Assembly: GCA_002633005.1 (NCBI GenBank)
Contig: NMRA01000043.1
Span: 43,573 to 107,572, forward strand
Direction: 5' to 3'
From: Phoronis australis
Taxonomy: Eukaryota > Animalia > Phoronida
DNA: 64,000 nt
Numbering within the stretch: the first letter of the stretch is position 1; the number at the start of each line of letters is the position of its first letter. Positions 63,872-64,000 of the stretch are shown here, one piece after another. Made by a program: the position numbers and the translations under genes. The notes below the pieces were generated by a model. That model saw only the letters and a program-made list of their open reading frames with translations, was not told the origin of the DNA and did not search any database.

Positions 63872-64000
63872 TTTCCGTGAAGAAATTGTTAAACACTAGG
63901 CATACAATATCCAGCAGACTTACACGATTAGACTAAACGTAAAGCCTTAACTGAATTACACATACATGTACTTACTGGAGTTTTCCGCGTGGCCCAGCTA

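Overview
Repeat-rich, intron-containing animal genomic DNA (most likely a marine invertebrate); there is no prokaryotic operon, rRNA, tRNA or CRISPR signal. Three host genes can be supported. Two are direct-orientation paralogs about 50 kb apart (2800-4706 and 52426-54217). Each is a two-exon gene for a secreted protein with a signal peptide, a PAN/apple domain and a Caspr/neurexin-IV-type fibrinogen-like domain, and both sit in a ~3 kb segmental duplication. Between them lies a spliced gene (27140-29648) for a secreted precursor whose acidic pro-piece (net about -25) is followed by an Arg-rich 7-Cys cystine-knot-like mature domain (net about +26). The rest is mostly decayed transposons: a Kolobok-like element inserted at the stop codon of paralog A, a PHD-bearing CR1/L2-group LINE upstream of paralog B, Tx1/L1, Hero-like RLE, RNase H LINE and Crypton-like relics, a Gypsy element nested in a long-TIR MITE, an element with 55-bp perfect TIRs, and MITEs with 5-bp TSDs. 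Comparing duplicated segments shows TA converted to TACATGTA at two independent sites, which suggests the window's abundant TACATGTA octamers are DNA-transposon excision scars. Direct duplications next to single 'n' bases look like assembly artefacts.
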